64,000 bases of DNA, from the NCBI GenBank assembly GCA_023954355.1, contig JAMLID010000017.1:1418-65417 (forward strand), written 5' to 3'. Positions 38,947-47,764 of this stretch are shown in pieces (position 1 is the stretch's first letter; each line of letters opens with the position of its first letter). This stretch comes from Oligoflexia bacterium (GTDB lineage Bacteria; Bdellovibrionota; UBA1018; CAIPTA01). A model generated the notes under the pieces. That model saw only the letters and a program-made list of their open reading frames with translations, had not been told where the DNA came from and searched no databases. A program made the position numbers and the translations under genes.

Positions 38947-39759
38947 ACCATCTAACCATTTGTCTGGAATATATCTAGCCAGATGAACACCTAACTTACT
39001 AGATGTACTCGCGATTAAATATCTCGGCCTTGGTTTTTTAGAAGTCAGGATAGACAAAATAACTTCTACAACGCGATTTACTTCAATGGCATCGATAGCA
39101 CTTTTTTGTGCCATTTTAAAAAATTTTTTATATTTTTTTTTATAAACTTCACGGACTTCATCAGAAAGATTTATTTCCGTTTCATTTTTATTACTGAACC
39201 CTTTTTCCCAAATAGGTGTTTTAATCGGCCCTGGTTCTATGAGACAGACGTTCATTCCAAAACCATATGTTTCGCGCCGTAGAGCATCTGAAAACGCTTC
39301 GAGCGCGTATTTTGTCGCAGCGTAAGGACCTAAAAATGGCAAAGTAACTAAGCCACTTACTGAGCCAATGTTGATAATAGTGCCCTTTGTTTTACGAATA
39401 TCTGCACATAACTCTCTTGTTAGCTCAACTAAACCAAAGAAATTTACATCAAATTGTTTGCGCCAATCACTCATACTTACGCCTTCAATAGGTCCCGCAA
39501 TTGCGATTCCTGCATTATTAATTAGACTAAGCTTTTGACCTTCTTTCAAGAGTGATCGAACAAGCTTAACTGCGCTACGAATATGTTCAGGATTCGTAAC
39601 GTCTAAAATAATAGGGGTGCACGAAATTTTTTGAATTTTTGCAAAATCACTTTGCTTTCGAACACCTGCTATTACCGAATAACCAGAAAGTGATAGTTGC
39701 TTAACGGCTGCTTCACCAATTCCACTAGAGCAGCCGGTAATAAGAACTAAATCTTTCAT
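38935..39759 (-). CDS. Short-chain dehydrogenase/reductase (SDR) family oxidoreductase
   Basis: Cofactor motif ITGCSSGIGEA (TGxxxGIG), the NNAG motif, and the catalytic YAATKYALE (YxxxK). Confidence 0.9.
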   Translation of the reverse strand: MKDLVLITGCSSGIGEAAVKQLSLSGYSVIAGVRKQSDFAKIQKISCTPIILDVTNPEHIRSAVKLVRSLLKEGQKLSLINNAGIAIAGPIEGVSMSDWRKQFDVNFFGLVELTRELCADIRKTKGTIINIGSVSGLVTLPFLGPYAATKYALEAFSDALRRETYGFGMNVCLIEPGPIKTPIWEKGFSNKNETEINLSDEVREVYKKKYKKFFKMAQKSAIDAIEVNRVVEVILSILTSKKPRPRYLIASTSSKLGVHLARYIPDKWLDGLIG

Positions 39760-40556
39760 TGTTCATTTTTCTGAAAAGCAAGAGTATCTGGATTTGGGCA
39801 CATGGTATTTTTTTCTTCTTGGGAAATTACCATATCTTCATAAGGCTGAAAATTTCGAATATTATTTCGAATTTTTTCATACCCACTGTCACGATTATTT
39901 CCATCTGTATTTAGATCCCAGTAACGTACTGCTTGCGTAGAGCTGAAGCCACAAAACTGTTTTAATGTGATTGCTGCCAAGAAGCCAGAAGCATGCCATC
40001 CATTCCAACAATGCGCATATATTGGTCCTAATTCAGGATGTTGAATATGATTAAAAATAATTTCTAATAATCTTCTCGCATTTTGTCCGCCATTGGCTAG
40101 AGCACTAATGCTCTCATAATCAAGGCGTCCTTGATTTAGGCTTTGCCTGCATTCTGTAACTTTGGGTGCGGTATGAAAATTTGTTTCATATAAATAAATG
40201 GCACGTCCAAAACCTTCTTCACATAAATTTAATAAACCATCATTTGGAAGAGGGTTCATATTATTTCTTTTATTTTCTCTGTGGTAATAGTTATTTGCTC
40301 CCCCTCTGTAATAGACTCCATTCAATACAGACCTCATATTTCGAGTACCATATAAATCTTCAAGCCCATTGCCTCTATTATCGACTATTTTTTGAGAAGC
40401 ATTTTCTATAGGATATCTAGCACGATGAGTTTCTCCTAAAGTAGATTCTAGTGCGTCTTTAGGATGCGGGGTCGCTTCTTGACTTTGTGCTGTTACTGGA
40501 CTGCTACAGCTCGTTAATAGAAAAAGAAATAATGGTATAAAAGAAAGGGTTTTCAT
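39756..40556 (-). CDS. Lipoprotein with a PTP/Siw14-like fold signature but an atypical P-loop (CX5A)
   Basis: Lipobox LLTSCSS. VYYRGG...PIYAHCWNGWHASGFLAAITLKQF aligns by eye with the atypical DSP motif [20 protein letters not shown], but the P-loop Arg is replaced by Ala. Confidence 0.35.
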   Translation of the reverse strand: MKTLSFIPLFLFLLTSCSSPVTAQSQEATPHPKDALESTLGETHRARYPIENASQKIVDNRGNGLEDLYGTRNMRSVLNGVYYRGGANNYYHRENKRNNMNPLPNDGLLNLCEEGFGRAIYLYETNFHTAPKVTECRQSLNQGRLDYESISALANGGQNARRLLEIIFNHIQHPELGPIYAHCWNGWHASGFLAAITLKQFCGFSSTQAVRYWDLNTDGNNRDSGYEKIRNNIRNFQPYEDMVISQEEKNTMCPNPDTLAFQKNEQ

Positions 40557-40684
40557 TCAAATGCCTCCTTGCAAACAGAAATGAAATCTTAATTTGATTA
40601 TAAAGTTAGGTAAGAGAAATTCTAGTCAAATCGATCATGAATCGAAGTTCAAACCTGACTAGAACCCCTTTCCAGGTATATATG

Positions 40685-41932
40685 TTAGAGTCTTTCAGTA
40701 AACGCTTTTTCTTTTATCTTTTGATGAATGCGATAAAACAAGGTCTCTCTTGGATCTAGTTGTTCTCCATCATTGCTAGCATAAGTGCGGTCATATCCGC
40801 CCTCATCATCAGTTAATCCATCATCATGTTCGCTCGCTTCTGAAAATGAGTTAGATGAAGCGCTACCACTAGAAGATGGAGATCTGAATCCGCCACCACC
40901 ACCGCCTGCGCCAGCATAACTGCTATCGTCAGTAGCTAGTTTTGCACTCTCTGGATTATCATTTAAATCTAAAATTTTTGAAGCAGCGCCAGTAGCACCA
41001 CCACCACTGCCTGATCCACCAGAGTAGCCTAACCTAGACGAACCTGATCCACCGTAAAGTTTATTACCATCACCAATAGCGTTCCCTTTATCTAAAGGGT
41101 CTATACCTGTATAGGGAGATAAAATATCACGAATTTTTTTATTAGGATCCGTATTGTCTGTGGTTTGAATTCCCATTATATGACCAACACCAGGTTTATT
41201 ACTTGTTCCTCCAAGTAATTTTGATTCTGCTGTTTTATCATCAGAAATACCGCTCTCATCAGCGAGCTCTTCACCCTCATCACCTTTAGGCATTTCTGGC
41301 ATCCCTGGAGGGCTTCCCATGCCTTCTCCTTGTTTTTCAGCTTGCTCTTCTTTATCTTTCATTTGATTAGCTTCTGCTTGTTTTTCTCCAGCAGCTTTTT
41401 CAGCATCTTTAGCTAATTGTTCACATTTCTGGTGTAAATCAGATACGTTTTTGGGATCAGTTTGGCCTTGAAAATTTTTACTCATACATTCTTTGCTTAA
41501 TCTATCAACACACTCTCGACGAATTTTAGTCGCTAAATCTTTTGCCACTTGCACTTGCTTTAACATTGCCTGTTTTGCGCCATTCATATTTTTTTGGCCA
41601 CTAAATTGGTCATTATTCTGTGTTGCCTTAGATGTAGAATTTTGAACAGCATTAGCCGAAGAACTCTCTGCTTCGGCCGCCAGTGCAGCTTCTTTTGCAG
41701 CAGCATCTTGTATCCATTGTTTGATGTCAGTTTTAAGTTTAGAGACTATTTGCTTACAGTTTTGGCAATCTGTTTTGCTTTGAGCGTTGGCCGGTATTCG
41801 ATAGGCTTGATCCGTACAGCTAAGTTCTTGTACTTCAGGAACTACAAATGATGATATTTGAGTGGCAGCATAAGAAGTTGCCGATAATGCCACATAAATA
41901 ACACTAAAATAGATTAAATTTAAAATTCCCAT
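40685..41932 (-). CDS. Secreted low-complexity protein (coiled-coil N-half, Gly/Ser-rich C-half)
   Basis: 415 aa with a signal peptide. AEK/Q-rich helical region, then GGSGSSRLGYSGGSGSGGGATGA and AGAGGGGGGF tracts. No recognised family. Confidence 0.5.
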   Translation of the reverse strand: MGILNLIYFSVIYVALSATSYAATQISSFVVPEVQELSCTDQAYRIPANAQSKTDCQNCKQIVSKLKTDIKQWIQDAAAKEAALAAEAESSSANAVQNSTSKATQNNDQFSGQKNMNGAKQAMLKQVQVAKDLATKIRRECVDRLSKECMSKNFQGQTDPKNVSDLHQKCEQLAKDAEKAAGEKQAEANQMKDKEEQAEKQGEGMGSPPGMPEMPKGDEGEELADESGISDDKTAESKLLGGTSNKPGVGHIMGIQTTDNTDPNKKIRDILSPYTGIDPLDKGNAIGDGNKLYGGSGSSRLGYSGGSGSGGGATGAASKILDLNDNPESAKLATDDSSYAGAGGGGGGFRSPSSSGSASSNSFSEASEHDDGLTDDEGGYDRTYASNDGEQLDPRETLFYRIHQKIKEKAFTERL

Positions 41933-42108
41933 CTACTTCTATATCGGACATAAATCAGAAGAACTTTTGCCATTAACCCAGGAGAAAAAGGGCAAAAAAT
42001 ACAAGTAAAATCATGCTGTTATAAAAAACACACACCACTATCAAAGATTTTATTGGGCTTGGTCGATTAAGAATTAACTATCGTTAACCCTGAAACGAGA
42101 GGTCTATT

Positions 42109-42801
42109 ATGAAGTCCCCAATCTATACAATCATAGGAATATTCCTATTTTCAACAGCAATTCAATCAGCAGATGCAGCTTATCCGTTCACAGCGTACAG
42201 CAGAAAAGGCGCAAATAAGTGGAATCGCTCATGGACGCCAGCAATGATGAAAGAGTTAAACTCAGTACAAAAAACTTTTGAGCAAGCTCGCGATCTCGAA
42301 GAGTTTTGCCCTGGATATCGTTTAGCCGATGCTGGTGCCAAAAGAAACTGCTGGATACGTCTAGTAACAGGTATAAGTAGCTACGAAAGCGGAAATAAAG
42401 AAAGCATTTTAGGAGATGGTGGTAAAGCTGCTGGTTTACTGCAAATCTGGGCCATGAACTGTAAAAATATGGGCATGGGATCTAGCAATAGGGCAATTAC
42501 AAATGCGCTTAAAAGAGCTCCAAATAATCTTAAATGTGGAATTCAATTGATGAAAAGAAGAGTAGCTGCTGACGGTTACATCGCTAAAGAATACAAAAAA
42601 CAAGGTAGACATAAAGCGCGTACTGTTCGTTTAGGTCTTGGTCATATGGGATGGACCACTATGAGAAACCCCTTTTATTATAAAGGAAGAAAATACGGTC
42701 ATCGTCTTCTCATACAAAAAGGTATGCAGCTATACAAAAACCCTAAAACTGGAAGCCTAGCTCTTCGATACGTAAATGAAGATAGTAAACTTTTAGGCTA
42801 G
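42109..42801 (+). CDS. Secreted lytic-transglycosylase-like (SLT/goose-lysozyme fold) protein
   Basis: Signal peptide. ISSYESGNKES...AAGLLQIW resembles the SLT catalytic Glu-Ser followed by the GLMQI signature. Confidence 0.55.
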   Translation: MKSPIYTIIGIFLFSTAIQSADAAYPFTAYSRKGANKWNRSWTPAMMKELNSVQKTFEQARDLEEFCPGYRLADAGAKRNCWIRLVTGISSYESGNKESILGDGGKAAGLLQIWAMNCKNMGMGSSNRAITNALKRAPNNLKCGIQLMKRRVAADGYIAKEYKKQGRHKARTVRLGLGHMGWTTMRNPFYYKGRKYGHRLLIQKGMQLYKNPKTGSLALRYVNEDSKLLG

Positions 42802-42808
42802 GTATGAA

Positions 42809-43528
42809 ATGATACTTTCGATAATAATCACGACAATATTTTATACAGTAGCTGAAGCGTCTTATTGTAAGACGCTTTCAGCTATTCAAAATAATCTAAT
42901 GGCCTGTGAAGACAATATTCAGTTTTCTAAAGAAGCCGAAGACTGCGTACGTAGATTTTCAAGTAAGGTGAAAAGAGAACAACAAGCACTGCAAAAATTA
43001 CTTTTAGGCGTAGTTAACGAGTCAGGCTCAAACCAAGATCTGGCACAAAATAATTCGCAAGCTGCGAGTGAAAACGTTTATAAAAATACCATATCAAAAT
43101 TAGACTCTCTTATTAAAGAAGCTGAAGAAAGAAAAACCGAAGTAGAGATCTATCGCAGAAATTTAGTTTGGCCAATCATATGGAATAGCGAAATGGGTCC
43201 ATTACCCGACGTTGATGAACCTGAGTTGCAAGCTCTTTTCGACGAAGACTATTGTTATGGAGAATATAGTGATCATTTAAAAGATGCTAAACAAGATTTC
43301 GATACAATGATTAAAGATCTTACGGCAGCCAGGGAAATTGCAAAAATGGCTGAAAACTCATCTACAGATAGAAAAAAACTACTAGATAATCCAGTATTCA
43401 AATCATCAAAACCCTTACTTTCAGAATCAGAAGCCAAAGGTAATTCTGCTGATCAACTACCTGCAGATAAAAGACAATCACAAGAAAATACTTCTGATAT
43501 CACTGGCACAGAAGACGTAGAAGAATAA
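42809..43528 (+). CDS. Secreted/anchored hypothetical helical protein
   Basis: 239-aa ORF 8 nt downstream of the previous gene. It has a hydrophobic N-terminus and an acidic C-tail. No recognised family. Confidence 0.45.
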   Translation: MILSIIITTIFYTVAEASYCKTLSAIQNNLMACEDNIQFSKEAEDCVRRFSSKVKREQQALQKLLLGVVNESGSNQDLAQNNSQAASENVYKNTISKLDSLIKEAEERKTEVEIYRRNLVWPIIWNSEMGPLPDVDEPELQALFDEDYCYGEYSDHLKDAKQDFDTMIKDLTAAREIAKMAENSSTDRKKLLDNPVFKSSKPLLSESEAKGNSADQLPADKRQSQENTSDITGTEDVEE

Positions 43529-43533
43529 AAAAT

Positions 43534-44952
43534 TTAATTTAGTTTAAATAAAAAAAGCCCTAAGTGATACGACACAAGAGTTACTTCACTAGAATGCAAT
43601 AAAGTTTTGCTTAACATACTTGGCTCTATCAAAGCGTAATTCGAATTAAAATCTTTTTTAATTACTTCTACGGGATTCTTAAGTAGCCCATTCATTAAAT
43701 CAAACTGAACTTTCAATAAGTCTGGCCTACGATTATATAAATAGGTGGGATCAAGCGCATCAACGACTTTTGCTTGAGGCAATAAATAAATTAAGTATGG
43801 AGAGTGCCCCCAGCTAGAATGAAATATCCTAATATCTTTTTCATTTTTAATTTTTTCAACGATCGGAGAAAACTGTTCAGTTGTAGGTGCCTGAATCGAT
43901 TCATTGCTAGTAAAAAAAAGCCCATTTAAAATAAGCGCATGAACAAATAATGCAATTGCGGTTATGTAAAAATGCTTCTTATTTAAAGAATAGACCTGCA
44001 ATATCAGGAGCACTAGAATAGGTAGCAAAAATTCAAGTATGCGAGGAGAAAAGTAGAGCAAAATTAAAAGAATAAAATTTAAAACATAAACAGAAACATT
44101 TACTTTATTTTTCCATAAATTATTTTTTTGATACTGGTATCCAATAAAAAACAAAAGACACAACCATGGGGCGAAAAAAATACAAAACTGAATGGCTCCA
44201 AATGGATAAATTTCTCCCCCAAATCTCAACCCATACTCTGCTGAGAGCTTGTTTGCGAATATAGCTACATTAAAAATCTGTAGCGACTGCACTAAGGTTG
44301 ATGGAAAGTAGGGGTTTATTAAAATACCTAAAATAAAACCAATGGAAAGAGAGCTAAAGTCTAGTGCTATTTTTCTATTATTTTTTTCGTAGATAAAACC
44401 AATCATAATCATAAAAAAGCCAAGCGCTATAAGCATATAAAAAGCGTGATAAGCTAAGGAAAAGAAAAAAGCCCCTACAAAAATAAAAATTCTTTTTTCT
44501 TTCAGCCAGGCTTGGACAATCAGAAAAAAGAGCAGGCTTGCTAAGCAATAAGCTCTTAACTGCCCAAATCTTTGCCATATAAGAGGGTGAATGAATAATA
44601 AAGAAAAACAGATAGGTGCAACATATTGTGTTCTTTTCTGTTTGAAAAAATAGTGCAAGCTAAAATAAAACCCAAATATTATTAATACAATAAAAAGCAA
44701 GGTTCCATGATTTTCTCCAAAAAGGCGAATGAATGGATACAGTAATAAATGAAAAAAGTATTCTTTATCAGGAAAATACTGATCCCATCCTAGAATCGGA
44801 AACTGTGCCCATTCTCTAAGAACGAGCGTTTTATGTTCATACATTTCTCGAATAAGTGCCCAATGAAATAGCTTATCTGGATCAAAAAATATTGGTGAGC
44901 TTTGTACGTAATAAGTACTAAAAATAACTCCACAAAATATAACAAAATACAA
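43534..44952 (-). CDS. Large polytopic membrane protein (GT-C/O-antigen-polymerase-like topology, function unknown)
   Basis: 472 aa with more than 10 predicted TM helices followed by a soluble C-terminal domain. No motif I can name. Confidence 0.45.
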   Translation of the reverse strand: MYFVIFCGVIFSTYYVQSSPIFFDPDKLFHWALIREMYEHKTLVLREWAQFPILGWDQYFPDKEYFFHLLLYPFIRLFGENHGTLLFIVLIIFGFYFSLHYFFKQKRTQYVAPICFSLLFIHPLIWQRFGQLRAYCLASLLFFLIVQAWLKEKRIFIFVGAFFFSLAYHAFYMLIALGFFMIMIGFIYEKNNRKIALDFSSLSIGFILGILINPYFPSTLVQSLQIFNVAIFANKLSAEYGLRFGGEIYPFGAIQFCIFFAPWLCLLFFIGYQYQKNNLWKNKVNVSVYVLNFILLILLYFSPRILEFLLPILVLLILQVYSLNKKHFYITAIALFVHALILNGLFFTSNESIQAPTTEQFSPIVEKIKNEKDIRIFHSSWGHSPYLIYLLPQAKVVDALDPTYLYNRRPDLLKVQFDLMNGLLKNPVEVIKKDFNSNYALIEPSMLSKTLLHSSEVTLVSYHLGLFLFKLN

Positions 44953-44974
44953 AAAAATTTGAATAATGGTAGAT

Positions 44975-45538
44975 TTATGAATTTTGATAAAGAATTACTC
45001 CTTTATTGAAGTGAATTACGGCCCATTGAAATATTCCCCATAACACTCCATGAATTGCAACGATCACAAATAGTGGCTCAGAATAACTTAGCAGGCCCGA
45101 TGTTTGGCCAATTAAATATACCCACGGGCCGCCTATAGCGCCGAATATAAATGCAAGTATATGGCGATTAATCAAAAAGGCGAATGTTGGTAAGCTATAG
45201 GCGAATCCAATCCATAACCCTAAAAGCCACCATGGAAGCAAAATAAATTCTCCTGGAATATGAATAATTCCTGTTTTAATCATTAGTAAATCAAAGCAAA
45301 CTCCAATGGCAAAAATAAGCAGATATATCAAATGGTGCTGAATGGGAACTTTCTCCCAAAAACTATAAATCAAAAATACCACTAGAGAAGCGATACAAGC
45401 ATGAAGGCCATACCCATTTTTGGCGGCCCAAAAGCATCCCCACCAATTTAAATAGAATAAAATTGTTTGAATAAACGGTTTTGGATTTTTTCTAATATTT
45501 AAAAAAATAAATTGGATTCGATAATAGAAAGAATTCAT
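44975..45538 (-). CDS. Small polytopic membrane protein (DUF2878-like)
   Basis: 187 aa with 5-6 TM helices. WWGCFWAA...PWWLLGLWIGFAYSL...FGAIGGPWVYLIG resembles what I recall of the DUF2878 consensus. This is a weak call. Confidence 0.35.
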   Translation of the reverse strand: MNSFYYRIQFIFLNIRKNPKPFIQTILFYLNWWGCFWAAKNGYGLHACIASLVVFLIYSFWEKVPIQHHLIYLLIFAIGVCFDLLMIKTGIIHIPGEFILLPWWLLGLWIGFAYSLPTFAFLINRHILAFIFGAIGGPWVYLIGQTSGLLSYSEPLFVIVAIHGVLWGIFQWAVIHFNKGVILYQNS

Positions 45539-45630
45539 GCTTGCAGCCGACCTAGTTTATTCGCTCTATTCTAGAGAGAATGCTCCAGATATACGAGTCT
45601 TTTTTTAGACCGCACTATTGCTGCATGCAA

Positions 45631-46419
45631 TCATGCTTCAATTACAAATCTTGGAACTCTTTTTTCGAGAAAAGCGCTCATGCCTTCCGTCGACTCAATA
45701 TGAGAAATTGCTTTCCTGAACCCTTCTTGCTCTTTTTCTAATGAATTATGCGTGGTCAAGCCAGGCAATAGGTTAATGATCGTTTTTGCTTGAAAAATTC
45801 CATGTGGTGATTTTTTCAATATCTCACTAATTGTTTCAGTCGCTGCTTTTAGCATTTCAGATCGATTTGTAAATACTCGATTCACTAGTCCTATTCTCGC
45901 CGCTTCTTCTGCTTCTATGATTCGGCCAGTAAATATAAGCTCTTTTGCCAGAGCAGGACCAATTAACCTTGGAAGCCTAACACAACCACCAAAACAAGGA
46001 ATCAAACCTAGATTTACTTCTGGTTGTCCAAATTTGGATTGCTCAGTTGCATAGATAAAGTCAGTTGCCATTGCTAATTCGCATCCACCACCAAGAGCGA
46101 CACCGTCGACACACGCAATAGTTGGTATTGGCAACTGTTCTAATAAATTCATCACATCTTGACCAAGACGCGCAAATTCTTCACCTTCACTCGCACTCAT
46201 TTGACTCATCTCTTTGATATCAGCACCAGCAACGAATGCTTTTTCTCCTTTCCCTAAAAGAATCAAGGCACGATTCTTTTTAGAATTTTGAAGAGATACA
46301 AGAAGCTCTTTAAGCTCTATTAATACCAAAGAAGACAATGCATTTCTTTTTTCTTCTCTTGCAATACAAACAGTAATAAATGAACTATTTTGCTCTATTT
46401 CTAAGTATTGATAACTCAT
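45631..46419 (-). CDS. Enoyl-CoA hydratase/isomerase (crotonase) family protein
   Basis: Preferred ATG is 46419, preceded by AAGAGGAGAAAGC. The crotonase motifs KAFVAGADIKEM, DGVALGGGCELAMATD and PEVNLGLIP are present. Confidence 0.9.
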   Translation of the reverse strand: MSYQYLEIEQNSSFITVCIAREEKRNALSSLVLIELKELLVSLQNSKKNRALILLGKGEKAFVAGADIKEMSQMSASEGEEFARLGQDVMNLLEQLPIPTIACVDGVALGGGCELAMATDFIYATEQSKFGQPEVNLGLIPCFGGCVRLPRLIGPALAKELIFTGRIIEAEEAARIGLVNRVFTNRSEMLKAATETISEILKKSPHGIFQAKTIINLLPGLTTHNSLEKEQEGFRKAISHIESTEGMSAFLEKRVPRFVIEA

Positions 46420-46432
46420 GCTTTCTCCTCTT

Positions 46433-47320
46433 TTAAGAATCCCAAATTGCACCAAAAGCAGGTATTCCACGGCTTTCTAACTCATAATTTACATGCCAGG
46501 TGACTTTTTTATTAGAAATACAAATTACAGCCTCAGCATCAAACTCTTTATATGCTTCGTAAGCAAGTTGCACTACATCGGGTTTTCCTTTTTCGTCTGT
46601 ATCCCAAATAATTGCCTCTTTTTGCACGGCTAAAATTTCGTTCACTAAATCTTCACCATAAGTTTTCGTAGGGTTTCTCGTTGACCAAACCAAGCGCGAG
46701 GGTACTTCTTTTGATAGAAGGTGCGGTAAGCAAGGACCAATTCCGCTACCTGTGGCTACCCAAATTACCTTTTTAAAAAGCTTTTCGATATTTCCCACTC
46801 CAGCTGTTGGGATTCCTTTCACCCAAAGTTTTTCTGGCTTTTCATCTATCAACTTACCTGTCCAATCACCTGCTCTTGAGATAGTAAGCCGAAAGCCGTC
46901 TTTCCCGGGAGATGGCACATTTGCAAAAGAATGCCACTCGACTAAAGGGTTTCTACTTAGATCAGTAGAAGACCCAGCAAAAGGTGTAACACCGTAATTA
47001 AATTTTGCTAGTGCAACATGGGATGATGGTGTCGTTAAGTCGACATCGATTTTTTTTAAACGAAGCCAGGGTAAAATAAGACTGAAAGTACTTAAAGATA
47101 AAGCCCAGAAAGAAGCCTGTTGGTAAAATAAGACCCCTTCATTTTGCGTTAAGAAAAACTGAACCCAAAAAAGAATCAATGAAGACCATAGACCAAAGCG
47201 TCCGATAAGTTCGAATGTATTATGATATTTAGCGCGTATTTTAGGTAGAGCAAAAACAGTCATAGTTACTAATACAGCACAATGAAAGGGGATTAGAAAA
47301 TACAGCATATCATTAACCAA
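46433..47320 (-). CDS. Membrane-anchored ferredoxin-reductase-like (FAD/NAD(P)-binding) oxidoreductase, C-terminal part of a TmpA-like flavoprotein
   Basis: The N-terminal 3-4 TM helices are followed by WHSFANVPSPGKDGFRLTISRAGDWT (an FAD-binding-like beta barrel) and VIWVATGSGIGPCLPHL (a GxGxxP nucleotide-binding motif). The start is uncertain (TTG 47320 or ATG 47308). Confidence 0.6.
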   Translation of the reverse strand: MVNDMLYFLIPFHCAVLVTMTVFALPKIRAKYHNTFELIGRFGLWSSLILFWVQFFLTQNEGVLFYQQASFWALSLSTFSLILPWLRLKKIDVDLTTPSSHVALAKFNYGVTPFAGSSTDLSRNPLVEWHSFANVPSPGKDGFRLTISRAGDWTGKLIDEKPEKLWVKGIPTAGVGNIEKLFKKVIWVATGSGIGPCLPHLLSKEVPSRLVWSTRNPTKTYGEDLVNEILAVQKEAIIWDTDEKGKPDVVQLAYEAYKEFDAEAVICISNKKVTWHVNYELESRGIPAFGAIWDS

Positions 47321-47335
47321 GACCTTCTCTCAGTC

Positions 47336-47764
47336 CTAAATAAAAAGAATAGAACAAAGTAATCCCGAGAAAAAAGCCCCGACATGAATACCGCCAAAAT
47401 GATACACCTTTCCTAATGCCCAGCGAATCGAAAGTGGCCATGATTTTGGTGCACTTGTAGCGATCGCAAATAAAGCATTGATTACGTATTGCTGTCGAAT
47501 GCATATAGCTAATGTAAAGTTCAGCACAACAAGCAATGTCGTCAGCTCAAAAGTGAATTGTGAAATCATTTTAAAAATTAAAAAATTAATTCCAGTAATT
47601 AAAATGGCTAATCGATTATATGGATTCAATAGGGGATTTCTTAATACGCGGTATAGTAGCTCTTTTTTTTCTGGAAGAACCGTTCTATCTTTGACGAGCT
47701 TTAAATGACTTTCTTTTATCGGCATTAAAGTTGATTTTTTTTGCGTGAAATATACTGTGTCCAT
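47336..47764 (-). CDS. Membrane protein, N-terminal part of the same TmpA-like unit
   Basis: 142 aa with 3 TM helices. Its ATG overlaps the stop of the upstream adenylation gene (TAATG). It is in the same reading frame as 46433..47320, separated only by TAG-GAC-TGA-GAG-AAG-GTC. Confidence 0.55.
   Translation of the reverse strand: MDTVYFTQKKSTLMPIKESHLKLVKDRTVLPEKKELLYRVLRNPLLNPYNRLAILITGINFLIFKMISQFTFELTTLLVVLNFTLAICIRQQYVINALFAIATSAPKSWPLSIRWALGKVYHFGGIHVGAFFSGLLCSILFI

Noticed and set aside
40620-40664. 9-bp inverted repeat TTCTAGTCA...TGACTAGAA downstream of the 40685 gene as a terminator
   Set aside because: The loop is 27 nt and the following T-tract on the minus strand is weak (TTTCTCTT). 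This is insufficient for a confident intrinsic terminator call.
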